Assembly: GCA_023246355.1 (NCBI GenBank)
Contig: JAHFIQ010000003.1
Location: 85,018-149,017 of the forward strand
DNA: 64,000 bases
From: Candidatus Uhrbacteria bacterium
GTDB lineage: Bacteria; Patescibacteriota; Patescibacteriia; UBA9934; GWF2-40-263
Direction: 5' to 3'
How positions within the stretch are numbered: the first letter of the stretch is position 1; the number at the start of each line of letters is the position of its first letter. Below the pieces are notes generated by a model. The model was not told the DNA's origin. It did no database searches and saw only the letters and a program-made list of their open reading frames with translations. Positions 26,637-36,604 of the stretch are shown here, piece by piece. The translations under genes and the position numbers were made by a program.

Positions 26637-28127
26637 ATGCACGACGTTATGTCCAAAGATCGCATTCCCCCACACAACCTTGAGGCCGAGCAATCGTTGC
26701 TTGGCTGTTTGTTGATTGATCGCGACGCCATCATCAAGGTCGCCGATGGGGTGCATGGTGAAGATTTTTACCGGGAGGCGCATCAAAAAATTTTCGAGGC
26801 TGTGCTTCAATTATTTGAACGCCATGATCCCATCGATATCTTGTCCGTGGGCAATCGCCTCGAAGAGCAAGGTCTCACGGCTCGAGTGGGAGGTCGTGCG
26901 TATCTCGTTGAATTATCAAACATGGTACCGACGTCTGCTCATGTCGTGCATTACGGTGAGATCGTTCAAAAAAAAGCAACCCTTCGCCGTTTGCTTTCCG
27001 CGGCATCCGAAATCACCACCATTGGTTTTGACGAAGACGAGGATGTAGAAATGTCGATCGATGCTGCTGAGCGCGCGCTGTTCAATGTCTCGGAAAAATA
27101 TAACAAGCAGACCTTCGTTTCCATTCGCTCTGTCTTACACGACGCATTTGATCGCATCGATGAATTGCACAAAGGCCAAGGCAAGTTGCGCGGTGTGACC
27201 ACGGGCTTTCGTGAGCTCGATAACCTTCTCGCAGGACTCCAAAAATCTGACTTGGTGATTTTGGCGGCCCGTCCATCGGTTGGAAAAACATCGTTAGCAT
27301 TGGATATCGCACGGCAAATAGGTGTGGAAGCAAAAATTCCTGTTGGATTCTTTTCGCTGGAAATGTCCAAGGAACAACTCGTGGATCGCATGATTTGCGC
27401 TCAGGCGAACGTGGATCTTTGGAAACTGCGCACCGGAAGACTCTCAGATGCGGACGATGACTTTCCTCGCATCGGTCATGCACTTGGCGAACTTTCCGAA
27501 GCACCCATCTTCATCGACGACTCGGCAACTCTGAACGTCATGCAACTGCGTACCAAAGCCAGACGACTCAAAACCGAACATGGGCTTGGCATCATCATGG
27601 TCGACTATCTCCAGCTCATGGAAGGACGATCGCGCAAAGGTTCTGACAACCGCGTACAAGAGGTTTCCGAAATTTCTCGCGGCCTCAAGCAGATCGCCAA
27701 GGAATTGAACGTGCCTGTGCTTGCTCTGGCGCAGCTCTCTCGTGCCGTGGAACTTAACAAGCCTGCCATTCCTCGACTCTCCCATCTGCGCGATTCAGGA
27801 TCGATTGAGCAGGACGCGGACGTGGTATTGTTCATCTATCGCAAAGCCGCGGACCGAGGATTTCGCACGGAAGATATTCCACCTGAGGAAGCAAACATCG
27901 CTGAGATCCACATCGCCAAGCATCGCAATGGCCCCACCGGCATGGTCAGACTCTTCTTTGAAAAAAAACGCGCGTCGTTTTTGAACCTCGATACCAAACA
28001 CGGCGCGCCACCTCCACCCGCGGCCAAGGAATCAGAGGTCGGAGGATTCGCCCCGTTTGCGCAAGCCCCACAGCGCAACATTGCTCCCCCTCCTGTGGAT
28101 CCAAATCCTGGATTCTCACCCCCCTAA
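26637..28127 (+). CDS. dnaB: replicative DNA helicase DnaB
   Basis: Walker A ARPSVGKTSLALD, Walker B IIMVDYLQLM and an N-terminal DnaB helical domain, with an extra Pro-rich C-terminal tail. Confidence 0.95.
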   Translation: MHDVMSKDRIPPHNLEAEQSLLGCLLIDRDAIIKVADGVHGEDFYREAHQKIFEAVLQLFERHDPIDILSVGNRLEEQGLTARVGGRAYLVELSNMVPTSAHVVHYGEIVQKKATLRRLLSAASEITTIGFDEDEDVEMSIDAAERALFNVSEKYNKQTFVSIRSVLHDAFDRIDELHKGQGKLRGVTTGFRELDNLLAGLQKSDLVILAARPSVGKTSLALDIARQIGVEAKIPVGFFSLEMSKEQLVDRMICAQANVDLWKLRTGRLSDADDDFPRIGHALGELSEAPIFIDDSATLNVMQLRTKARRLKTEHGLGIIMVDYLQLMEGRSRKGSDNRVQEVSEISRGLKQIAKELNVPVLALAQLSRAVELNKPAIPRLSHLRDSGSIEQDADVVLFIYRKAADRGFRTEDIPPEEANIAEIHIAKHRNGPTGMVRLFFEKKRASFLNLDTKHGAPPPPAAKESEVGGFAPFAQAPQRNIAPPPVDPNPGFSPP

Positions 28128-28145
28128 TCCACCTTTTCCACCTCT
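28125..28145 (+). repeat. CCACCT repeat (TAATCCACCTTTTCCACCTCT) abutting the ybaB start codon
   Basis: Same CCACCT family as upstream of dnaK and murC. Confidence 0.5.
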
Positions 28146-28451
28146 ATGTTCTCAAAACTCAAACACATCCGCGATCTCAAAAAGCAAGGCAAGGACATGC
28201 AAAATGAACTCGCGACCATCGTCAACGAAGGCTCTGCTGCCTGGGGCAAAGTCAAACTGGTTGTGAATGGAAATCGCGAGCTCATGAGTGTGTCGATCGA
28301 TGACGAGATGATGAAGGACCGACCCAAGCTCGAGGAAGCCATCAAGAACGCATTCAAGGACGCCACGGGGATGAAGTTTCAAATGAAGCTCGCCAAGAAG
28401 ATGCAGGACATGGGAGGAATGGATATCCTGAAGAAATTTGGTGGTGAATAG
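28146..28451 (+). CDS. ybaB: nucleoid-associated protein YbaB/EbfC
   Basis: 101 aa; KLVVNGNRELMSVSIDDEMM YbaB signature. Confidence 0.92.
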   Translation: MFSKLKHIRDLKKQGKDMQNELATIVNEGSAAWGKVKLVVNGNRELMSVSIDDEMMKDRPKLEEAIKNAFKDATGMKFQMKLAKKMQDMGGMDILKKFGGE

Positions 28452-28457
28452 CGAACA

Positions 28458-28510
28458 GGCGGGTGGCACGGAACTGGTCTGCACCGTGACAGGACCCGCC
28501 TTATTTTTAT
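28458..28510 (+). other. hairpin with T-run between ybaB and recR (possible attenuator/terminator)
   Basis: GGCGGGT...ACCCGCC stem then TTATTTTTAT. The loop is large (29 nt) and the T-run overlaps the recR ATG. Confidence 0.3.
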
Positions 28511-29111
28511 GCGTAGGTTTCCCGAACCCATTACCAATCTCGTCGCGGCTTTTGCACGACTTCCTGGCGTGGGGCCCAAAACGGCTCTTCGCTATGTTTT
28601 TTATCTTCTGCAACAGCCCAAGGCAGATTTGGAAGTGATGGCACGCGCCCTTATCCAGTTAGGAGAACGCATCCAAACCTGTCCGCGTTGCTTCACCTAC
28701 ACCGAAGCTCAGATGTGCGAAATTTGTTTGGATCCAAAGCGCGACAGTAAACTCCTCTGTGTGGTGGAAGAAGCACGTGACATCGCAACAATCGAATCCA
28801 CGGGCGGATTCAACGGTCTCTATCACGTGATGGGAGGATCGCTCAACCCGATCGAAGGCATCACGCAAGACGTGATCCGTTTTCGTGAGTTGAAAAATCG
28901 TATTGAGACAGAGCCAGGCATCGAGGAGGTGATTCTTGCTCTTTCGCCGACCACGCAGGGCGAAACAACGATCCTCTTTTTACAAAAACAGCTCGCGCCT
29001 CTGGTGCGTTCTCTGACTCGCCTCGCCCGCGGCCTCCCCATGGGCGCCACCCTCGAGTTTGCCGACGAGGTGACCTTGGGAGATGCGCTCAAAGGAAGGA
29101 GGAAATTATAA
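28509..29111 (+). CDS. recR: recombination protein RecR
   Basis: HhH LPGVGPKTALRYVFYLL, C4 zinc finger CPRC...CEIC and Toprim domain. Confidence 0.95.
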   Translation: MRRFPEPITNLVAAFARLPGVGPKTALRYVFYLLQQPKADLEVMARALIQLGERIQTCPRCFTYTEAQMCEICLDPKRDSKLLCVVEEARDIATIESTGGFNGLYHVMGGSLNPIEGITQDVIRFRELKNRIETEPGIEEVILALSPTTQGETTILFLQKQLAPLVRSLTRLARGLPMGATLEFADEVTLGDALKGRRKL

Positions 29112-29116
29112 CGAGG

Positions 29117-29139
29117 CTCCCCCCTGCCCGAGGGGAGGG
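29117..29139 (-). repeat. C6/G6 palindromic element, intergenic copy
   Basis: ctcccccctgcccgaggggaggg; its reverse complement matches the mnmA-internal copy core CTCGGGCAGGGGGGA. Confidence 0.55.
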
Positions 29140-29209
29140 TTTCATAAAAGCAAGAGCGCACCCGACGGCGAGCCGAAGGGGGGCTCAAGCCGCGCGAGTG
29201 CGCAGAGGG

Positions 29210-29821
29210 TCATGTTGCCGTGGAAATGAGCCGCGGCTTCACGAACAGGATGAACATCATGGTGCTCTCGATGGCCAGGAACGTGATGGGCTGTGCTGCG
29301 TCATCGAGCGACCACGAGGGCACTGCCGCTACCGCGAGCAGACAGGAAATCCAGTACAGCGTCCAGGCCAACTTGTCTTCTTCCCCTGGCTTGCCCCAGG
29401 CATTCTGGAAGGTCGGCACGGAGCCGATGAACATCGCGGTCAGGCTGGTTGTCAATCCAATGGTCGGACTGTCAAACACCTGCCACAAGACGATGGCCAG
29501 AGCCGCGCACAAGAGACAGAACTTGTCGAGCCACGTCCATCCTGGCTTGCCGTATTTGAGCGCGAGTGTAGCCACCGTCCATGTGCCGATGACGGCGGCG
29601 GTGATCTGGCCGTTCACGGAGTGACGCGCGAACATTCCGGTGAACGTGATCGAGTCCAGAGCACCCCAGATGATCCAGGACGTCTTCTGCGGCCTCGTCT
29701 CACCGCGCACCACTGCACAAATGTAAGGGATGTACGCAATGATGAACACGATGGCGGAGAGAGTGGAGAGGATCTGCACGTTGACCTCCTGTCGTATGCA
29801 ATCGACTAATGATTCTAGCAA
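29210..29821 (-). CDS. polytopic membrane protein (hypothetical; possible PQ-loop-like)
   Basis: 203 aa, ~6-7 TM, with RGETRPQKTSW after the first helix. Start uncertain. Confidence 0.4.
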   Translation of the reverse strand: MLESLVDCIRQEVNVQILSTLSAIVFIIAYIPYICAVVRGETRPQKTSWIIWGALDSITFTGMFARHSVNGQITAAVIGTWTVATLALKYGKPGWTWLDKFCLLCAALAIVLWQVFDSPTIGLTTSLTAMFIGSVPTFQNAWGKPGEEDKLAWTLYWISCLLAVAAVPSWSLDDAAQPITFLAIESTMMFILFVKPRLISTAT

Positions 29822-29858
29822 AAAACAGGCCGTCTGTCAATCGATGGGCCTGTTTTTG
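29821..29858 (-). terminator. hairpin terminator after the ABC exporter gene
   Basis: AAAAACAGGCC...GGCCTGTTTTTG. Confidence 0.45.
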
Positions 29859-29865
29859 CTTGGAT

Positions 29866-31650
29866 TTACTGGATGAATCCACCGGCTTGGATCTCCCAAA
29901 GTTTTTTGTAGATGCCTTCGTCTTTTTTGAGAAGCTCCTCGTGCGTGCCAGTGTCAATGACTTTGCCTTTTTGGATGACCACGATTCTGTCCATCTTCAT
30001 AATGGTGGAAAGTCGGTGGGCAATGACGATGGTTGTCTTGTCACGCATCAGCTCTTCGAGCGCTTCTTGGATGAGGGACTCAGATTCTGAATCAAGACTG
30101 GATGTGGCCTCGTCCAGAACCAGGATCGGCGCATTCTTGAGGATCGCTCGAGCAATTGCAATGCGTTGGCGTTCACCACCGGACAACTTCACTCCACGTT
30201 CACCAACAAACGTCTCGTACTTTTGCGGCAGCTCTTCAATGAACTCATGGGCATGGGCTTTTTTCGCTGCCTCGATCACTTCCTCATCCGTGGCCTCTCG
30301 CCGACCATAGCGAATATTTTCCATCACCGATCGATGAAACAGAATCGGCTCCTGCGGCACAAGCGCGATGTTGCGACGCAGACTCTCCTGCGTGACCTTG
30401 GCAATGTCCTGATTGCCAATCAGAATCTGACCGCCTTCTAGGTCATGGAATCGAAACAGCAATTTCACCACCGTCGACTTCCCTGCTCCAGACGGTCCCA
30501 CCAATGCGACTTTTTCTTTTGGCTTGATGATGAGATTCATCTTACTGAGCACACGACGTGTCTTGTTGAAACTGAACGTGACATTCTTGAACTCAATCCG
30601 ACCTGATTGCACTTGCAACTCTTTGGCACGTCGTGCGTCCACCACCTCGTGAGGCATCTTCAAAATCTGTACCATTTCATCAGCATCAGCCAACGACGTG
30701 AAGACTCGGCGAATGGCTCGGCCAAAATCCCAAATTTTGAAAAAGATTCCCAGAAGCGATCCTTGAATAAGCGCAAAGTCACCGATCGTCAGCAGTCCCT
30801 TCTCCCACAGACGGATAGCCACGTACATGATGACAAACTCAATCAAGAACATGAACGAAGACTGAAACGCATCCATAAGCTCACCCAGTCTCCAGGTGAA
30901 CGTCTGGGCTCGACGCATTCTCTCTGTCACCTCGGCAAACAGTCCGTCCTCAAACAACCGTCCGGTAAACAACTGAACCGTTACCGCGTTGGATATTGAG
31001 TCAGCCAACACGCCTGTTGCCTCTGAGTCGATCGCCGCGCTCTTGAAGTCATACTTCAATTTCCAACGAGCATACACCACGTTGACAAATAGAAAAATAA
31101 AAATCCAGATCAGCAAGATTCCTGCCAGAACCGAACTTCGGCTGTAGAGAACCACTAAGTTTCCGATCAGCGTGAACGTGAGTGGAATAAAATGAAACTG
31201 GACTTGGTCGGCAAAATCTTCAAACGATCTTGCCAGACGTGTGACTTTTCTCACGAGTGCGCCAGCAAAGTTGTTCGAGAAGAATCGAAAGGAATGCTGG
31301 TGCAGGTATGACAGAGACGTCTGCTCCAGATCCGCCATCACGCGGGGCTGAAACCAGGAACTCATGAGTCCTGAGACGCGCCAGCCCAACCATTCCAATC
31401 CATGAAGAACCCCGATGATGACAATCGTCCCGATGAGCAGATGGGCGATCGTTTCTGTTCCTGGCGAGAGATCCCCAGACAGCAAATCGAAAAATCGTTT
31501 ATAAAAAACCGGCACAAGTACATCGATTGCATTGGCAAATGCAATCAACAACAGCATGAATAGGGTGCTGCCTTTGTACTTGGACACCTGTTCCCAAAAG
31601 ACCCTGAGAACATCACGCGTGTGAATTTTTTGTCTGGCGTGTTCATTCAT
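29866..31650 (-). CDS. ABC exporter, fused permease-ATPase (MsbA/type I exporter-like)
   Basis: 6-TM N-terminal domain followed by Walker A GPSGAGKST, signature LSGGERQRIAIARA and Walker B ILVLDEATS. Confidence 0.9.
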   Translation of the reverse strand: MNEHARQKIHTRDVLRVFWEQVSKYKGSTLFMLLLIAFANAIDVLVPVFYKRFFDLLSGDLSPGTETIAHLLIGTIVIIGVLHGLEWLGWRVSGLMSSWFQPRVMADLEQTSLSYLHQHSFRFFSNNFAGALVRKVTRLARSFEDFADQVQFHFIPLTFTLIGNLVVLYSRSSVLAGILLIWIFIFLFVNVVYARWKLKYDFKSAAIDSEATGVLADSISNAVTVQLFTGRLFEDGLFAEVTERMRRAQTFTWRLGELMDAFQSSFMFLIEFVIMYVAIRLWEKGLLTIGDFALIQGSLLGIFFKIWDFGRAIRRVFTSLADADEMVQILKMPHEVVDARRAKELQVQSGRIEFKNVTFSFNKTRRVLSKMNLIIKPKEKVALVGPSGAGKSTVVKLLFRFHDLEGGQILIGNQDIAKVTQESLRRNIALVPQEPILFHRSVMENIRYGRREATDEEVIEAAKKAHAHEFIEELPQKYETFVGERGVKLSGGERQRIAIARAILKNAPILVLDEATSSLDSESESLIQEALEELMRDKTTIVIAHRLSTIMKMDRIVVIQKGKVIDTGTHEELLKKDEGIYKKLWEIQAGGFIQ

Positions 31651-31656
31651 AAAAGA

Positions 31657-31685
31657 AAATCACCGCGTTAGGCGGTGATCTTTTC
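31657..31685 (-). terminator. intrinsic terminator overlapping the rplU stop codon
   Basis: ATCACCGCctaaCGCGGTGAT on the coding strand followed by TTTTC. Confidence 0.5.
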
Positions 31686-31988
31686 GATCTTGATTTTTGT
31701 AAATGGCTGGCGATGCCCGACATTGCGTCGATAACGAACTTTGGACTTGTACTTGATCACGGAAACTTTTTCCGCGCGTCCTTGTTCTTGCACCGTGGCC
31801 GACACCTTGGCACCGCTGACCAAAGGCGTACCCAATTGTGTGTTGCCCCCGTCTTCGTCACAAATGAGGAGCGCGTCAAAATGGACGCTGGCTCCAGATT
31901 CGTTTTCAAGTTTCTCAATCGCAAGGATCTGTCCTTCGTGGACGAGATATTGTTTTCCTCCTGTCTGAATCACGGCTCGTTGTGACAT
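31668..31988 (-). CDS. rplU: 50S ribosomal protein L21
   Basis: 106 aa; MSQRAVIQTGGKQYLVHEGQ L21 signature. Confidence 0.93.
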   Translation of the reverse strand: MSQRAVIQTGGKQYLVHEGQILAIEKLENESGASVHFDALLICDEDGGNTQLGTPLVSGAKVSATVQEQGRAEKVSVIKYKSKVRYRRNVGHRQPFTKIKIEKITA

Positions 31989-32059
31989 AGTATCATGACG
32001 CGGCTCCTTCCATCTATGGATGCAGTGTGCCAGCGACGATTAAGAATACGAGCGAAATC

Positions 32060-32572
32060 TTACTTGTCCCCAAGCTCTACGTCAAGAACATCCCCTACCT
32101 GCACGCCGTTTTGAGCCACAAATCCCGCTTGTACCTCAAGAACACGATCAACAGGCACTGGAGAATAATAAATCGTATGCACCGGATCTTCTAAAGGCGC
32201 GTCCTGTTGAAACCCCACAACCGTGTCCCCATCGATCCAAATGATGTCGATGGGAAACAGCATGTCCTTCATCCAAAACCCTTGAATTTCTTTCGTCTCA
32301 AACAGAAACAGCATTCCCTCATTTTCAAGAAGGGGCTCATGAAAAGACAACCCCTGAACGCGCTCAGCGGCTGTATCTGCGATCTCCACGTTCACTCTTG
32401 TTCCGTTGACAAACTCGACCGTTGGAGTTGGAAGTGAACGCTGTTCTCTCATATGAGAAAAAAGCGTTTGCGCATTCGGAAACCAAATCACGGCAAGTGC
32501 GATCAAGCACAGCATGACTCCCAGGAGCGTCCATGGCCGATTACCGTTGAGCATGTCGTTCTTTTTGTACAA
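32060..32572 (-). CDS. DUF192-family protein
   Basis: 170 aa with N-terminal TM and FPIDIIWIDGDTVV motif characteristic of DUF192/COG1430. Confidence 0.65.
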   Translation of the reverse strand: MYKKNDMLNGNRPWTLLGVMLCLIALAVIWFPNAQTLFSHMREQRSLPTPTVEFVNGTRVNVEIADTAAERVQGLSFHEPLLENEGMLFLFETKEIQGFWMKDMLFPIDIIWIDGDTVVGFQQDAPLEDPVHTIYYSPVPVDRVLEVQAGFVAQNGVQVGDVLDVELGDK

Positions 32573-33581
32573 AAAATAACGCGGTAAGCAGCATCACCAG
32601 ACACAGCACGATGAGCGCCACGAGTTTTTCACGGCTCTGAAGGAAAAGCGCGGTCACACCGAACGCTGCGGCGACCGCCACATACAAAATCACGATCCGT
32701 GTTTGTCCCCAACCGAGTGCGAGCAGCCGATGGTGAAGATGTTTTTTGTCGCCGAGAAAGACGCGAGCAATGCCGCCTTCGCGAAAACGCCGAGAGATCA
32801 CCCACAGAACATCCAAAAGGGGAATGCCCAGGACCAGCAAAGCGGTTGCGACTTTGCCGCCAGAGATCACCGCAAGGATTCCAAGCATGAATCCGACAAA
32901 CGTCGAGCCACCTTCACCCAAAAAAATCGAGGCAGGATGCACATTCCAAAACAAGAATCCGAGATAGGATCCAATCGTCACAGCTGAAAGCAGGGCAACA
33001 TCTGGTTGAAAATAAGCAGCGGTAAGTGACAGCAGCATGATCATCACGGCTCCAACGGAGGTGACAGAGGTCGCCAGTCCATCAAGCCCATCCAAAAATT
33101 TGGTCGTATACATGACCAGCATGAGCCAGACAAACACCAGGATGTCAGATTGCCAGCTCAAAAGCACGATCACCCCTCCAAACGGATTGGTCAGCTTATC
33201 CACTTCGATTCCAAACGCGATCACTGTGAGCGTGGCCAGGATCGGAGCAACGATCGTGGCGTGTGCAGGCAGATCAAAACGATCATCGAGGATCCCACCG
33301 ATCATGAGGATCAACCCTCCGATCAAGACGCCGATGTAGTGGGCGGTCACGATCTCTCCGGATGTGAGTGCCTCGCTGGTTGAGAGAATGCCAATCACCA
33401 CCGCGCTGACAGAAACAAAAATCGCCAGTCCTCCTAACCGCGCCACAGGCCGCGTGTGAATTTTCCGGCTGCTCGTCGGTTTGTCAACGACACCCATCAC
33501 CAGGGCGACACGCCGAATCAACACCGTCAAGAGGAACGAAAGGATGAACGCCAACAGTCCCCAGAGGATGAGCAAAGTCAT
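32541..33581 (-). CDS. glycosyltransferase family 4 polyprenyl-phosphate sugar-1-phosphate transferase (MraY/WecA family)
   Basis: Polytopic protein with GGILDDRFDL (DDxxD) and KHLHHRLLALGW (MraY-like HHH region). It could be the mraY that is missing from the ftsI-murF cluster. Confidence 0.7.
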   Translation of the reverse strand: MTLLILWGLLAFILSFLLTVLIRRVALVMGVVDKPTSSRKIHTRPVARLGGLAIFVSVSAVVIGILSTSEALTSGEIVTAHYIGVLIGGLILMIGGILDDRFDLPAHATIVAPILATLTVIAFGIEVDKLTNPFGGVIVLLSWQSDILVFVWLMLVMYTTKFLDGLDGLATSVTSVGAVMIMLLSLTAAYFQPDVALLSAVTIGSYLGFLFWNVHPASIFLGEGGSTFVGFMLGILAVISGGKVATALLVLGIPLLDVLWVISRRFREGGIARVFLGDKKHLHHRLLALGWGQTRIVILYVAVAAAFGVTALFLQSREKLVALIVLCLVMLLTALFFVQKERHAQR

Positions 33582-36196
33582 AGAGCGGCGGCTTCTTCTA
33601 TGCGAATCCCTCCTCCTGCCTCAAGCACAATCGTGTCACGTCGTTTCACTTTTCCTTCCAACAGAGCGTTGGCAATCGCGTTGTCAACTTCCTCCTGTAC
33701 CAGACGCCGCAGAGGTCGCGCGCCAAATTTTGGATCAAAGCCTTTTTGCGCGAGCTCGGCAATCGCCTCAGGAGCCGCCCGAAATCCGATGCCTTTTGGC
33801 TCCAACCGTTTTGCCACCTGGGCCATAAACAATTCTGTAATCGAAAGGACATCTTCACGTGCAAGAGGCTTGAACACAATCACCCCATCAAACCGATTCA
33901 AAAATTCAGGTCGATAAATTCCGCGCAATGCTTCTTCCAACAACTGCGTTTTCACACTCGCCAGATCTTCGCCACGTCCTACGGCATCTTGGATATACTG
34001 CGTGCCGGCATTGGAAGTCGCGATGATGATCGTGTTGGTAAAATCAACCGTGCGTCCTGCCGCATCTGTCAAACGTCCGTCATCAAACACCTGCAAAAAG
34101 AGATTCAAAATATCGGCGTTTGCTTTTTCAAGCTCATCCAACAGGACAATGGAAAAAGGATTTTTCCGCACGGCCTCGGTGAGCAACCCACCTTGTCCTG
34201 ATCCTGGCACACCGATCATCCGATGGATGCTCGAGGGATCTTGATACTCGGACATGTCCAGGCGAATCATCAGGTCCTCTGAACCGAAGTAGGTCTGTGC
34301 GACGGTTTTCGCCAGCTCTGTCTTTCCCACACCAGTTGGTCCGAGAAACAAAAACGTGGCGATGGGTCGAGCTTGGGAACGCAATTCTGTCCGTGCTCGA
34401 CGGAGCGCGGCGGACACGGCTGACACGGCTTCGTCTTGGCCGATCACGCGACCATGCATGCGGCTTTCAAGGGCCAACAACTTTTCTGTTTCATCGGATT
34501 GAACCGAAGTGGTTGGGATTCCCGTCTTGCCGGCGACGATCAGACTCACATCTTCCCCTGTCACCAACGCATCCTTACCTCTCGTCTTCGCCACCTGCAG
34601 CGCGGTCTCACGAGCAATTTCAATCGCCTTCTTTGGCAAGTAGGTTTCATGCATGTACCGATCGGTGAGTGTCACGGCCTTCTCCACGGCCTCGTAGCTG
34701 AACACCACGTGGTGCTCATATTCCATTCCACCAATTTTGGATTCAAGGATGTGAATGGCCGCTTTGTGATCGGGTTCCAACACATCGACCTTCTGAAATT
34801 CGCGACCGAGCACAGATCGCTCCACCACTTCGCTGTAGGCCTGTGGCGTGGTGGTGGCAATCGCGAATGTCCCGCTGCGTGAGAGAAAATCCACAAGCGT
34901 TGAGGCGAGATCGTTGGCCCCGTTTTGCGAAACGAGTTGATCGATGTCGGTGATCGCTAGAATAATATTGCGAGACTTGGCGACTTCCGAGAGCACAAGC
35001 AGCAACCTCTCCTGAGCCTCTGCCTCAGAGGCACCAGACACAAGATGAGGAATCGAAAGACGCACAAGACGTTTGTCTTGCAAAATCGTTGGCACACACT
35101 CTTCCACCATCAGCTCAGCCACACCAGCCACGATGGATGTTTTTCCTACCCCTTCAGATCCCACGAGGATCACACTTTGACGACCACCTTCGATCACGCG
35201 AAACAATTCTTCGATCTCGCTCTCGCGCTCAATCAGCATGGGCAATCTGCCGGACACGGCCGCGGTGGTGAGATCCTCAGAAAGGGCATCGAGCATGGGC
35301 GTGACCACGCTGGTCATTGATCGATTCATGGCGCCTGTGGGTTTGTAGAGCGCGGCTTTTTTAAAACGTTCGTAGCGCTCACGCATCTTTTCGTGAATGC
35401 CAAGCCACGCCACCATGTTCCAAAATTGATTCTCATCCACGTGGTTGTCCAAGAGGAGCTCCTGCAAAAAAGGATCTGCTTGATAGCTTGCCGCAAACAC
35501 CGCAAGCGCGGTCACGTGCTCTTGTTTTTCTCGCAGAGCCCCACGAAAGCCTTCCAACAGGACCCGCTCAGCATCCAAAGAAAACTGCGTGGGTTTACTC
35601 AGTGGCCGCGTTGAAAGCCGGCGTGTCAGAGGATCTTTCAGTACATCGACTGTCAACCCAAGACGATTAAACACAACATGCACGTTCACATCATCAAGCG
35701 CCCCGACAAAAAGATGAATCGGCTCGACCGTTGCGTGTCCGTAGGAATTTGCCAGCTCAAAGGCCGCCTCAACGGCTTTCTTGGCATCGGGTGAAAAGAA
35801 CGTTTCGATGTTGATCGCCTCGTTCACTGCATCCACCTCTTCCACCTTCCCCACCTCTTCTCCCACTGGCATCTTCACTTCACGATGCGCCACAAGACGC
35901 TTGTGATACCAAACAAACAACAGCGCGAGCCCTGTTCCCCAGACGAACACGAGAGTCCAAGAAGGCTTCATCCAAAAGGCAGATGTCAAAACACGTGTCG
36001 GATCTGTGATGAGCAACAGAAGGATCGCCACCGCCGCAAAAACGCAGGTCTTCACCACACTTAAGATAAACAACACCTGCATGGCTTTTTCGTGAGCTGA
36101 GCGATCCATCACGATTGCCTCGTCCAGGACCGCAGACCAGACATAGGTCTTGCCACCAAGTTGTACGGCGAGCTTTGGCATATCAGAAAAGGACAC
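33578..36196 (-). CDS. ClpA/ClpC-like double-AAA+ chaperone with an N-terminal transmembrane region
   Basis: Two AAA modules (GSEGVGKTS and GPTGVGKTE Walker A; DELEKA sensor region) about 255 aa apart (no ClpB M-domain). The first ~110 aa contain 2-3 hydrophobic helices. An alternative start at MPVGEEVG would remove them. Confidence 0.8.
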   Translation of the reverse strand: MSFSDMPKLAVQLGGKTYVWSAVLDEAIVMDRSAHEKAMQVLFILSVVKTCVFAAVAILLLLITDPTRVLTSAFWMKPSWTLVFVWGTGLALLFVWYHKRLVAHREVKMPVGEEVGKVEEVDAVNEAINIETFFSPDAKKAVEAAFELANSYGHATVEPIHLFVGALDDVNVHVVFNRLGLTVDVLKDPLTRRLSTRPLSKPTQFSLDAERVLLEGFRGALREKQEHVTALAVFAASYQADPFLQELLLDNHVDENQFWNMVAWLGIHEKMRERYERFKKAALYKPTGAMNRSMTSVVTPMLDALSEDLTTAAVSGRLPMLIERESEIEELFRVIEGGRQSVILVGSEGVGKTSIVAGVAELMVEECVPTILQDKRLVRLSIPHLVSGASEAEAQERLLLVLSEVAKSRNIILAITDIDQLVSQNGANDLASTLVDFLSRSGTFAIATTTPQAYSEVVERSVLGREFQKVDVLEPDHKAAIHILESKIGGMEYEHHVVFSYEAVEKAVTLTDRYMHETYLPKKAIEIARETALQVAKTRGKDALVTGEDVSLIVAGKTGIPTTSVQSDETEKLLALESRMHGRVIGQDEAVSAVSAALRRARTELRSQARPIATFLFLGPTGVGKTELAKTVAQTYFGSEDLMIRLDMSEYQDPSSIHRMIGVPGSGQGGLLTEAVRKNPFSIVLLDELEKANADILNLFLQVFDDGRLTDAAGRTVDFTNTIIIATSNAGTQYIQDAVGRGEDLASVKTQLLEEALRGIYRPEFLNRFDGVIVFKPLAREDVLSITELFMAQVAKRLEPKGIGFRAAPEAIAELAQKGFDPKFGARPLRRLVQEEVDNAIANALLEGKVKRRDTIVLEAGGGIRIEEAAAL

Positions 36197-36560
36197 CGAT
36201 CAAGGAACCAAAAAAACCAAACAGGGCAAGAGGAAAAGCAAAGATGTACAAAAAGAAAAGGAAGACGGCGACCAGAAACCAGGCAACCACTCCGAGACTT
36301 CGGATGACAATCACCGCCGAGCGCACACCGATGCTGATGAGTGAGCCAGCAATCGAATCATCACCATACATCGGCACAAACCAATTTTTCACCCAGACGT
36401 CGACACCAAAAAATTTCACTGATCCGCGGACGGAATTCAGCAGCCATAAGGATGTTTCGGACAAGCCTCGCGAGTACCACCACACAGGCCAAAACAACCC
36501 TTCCCGGATTCCTGTTCCTAAAAGCGTGCGAAAGACGAGTTGTCGTGAGGGCGTGATCAT
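36183..36560 (-). CDS. small membrane protein (hypothetical)
   Basis: 125 aa hydrophobic ORF overlapping the clp-like gene start by 14 bp. Weak support. Confidence 0.3.
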   Translation of the reverse strand: MITPSRQLVFRTLLGTGIREGLFWPVWWYSRGLSETSLWLLNSVRGSVKFFGVDVWVKNWFVPMYGDDSIAGSLISIGVRSAVIVIRSLGVVAWFLVAVFLFFLYIFAFPLALFGFFGSLIGVLF

Positions 36561-36577
36561 GCAGATAATCTTATCAC

Positions 36578-36604
36578 AAAAGCCGCCCAGTTAGGCGGCC
36601 TTTT
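36578..36604 (-). terminator. bidirectional hairpin terminator overlapping the tgt stop codon
   Basis: AAAAGCCGCCcagttaGGCGGCCTTTT. Confidence 0.5.
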
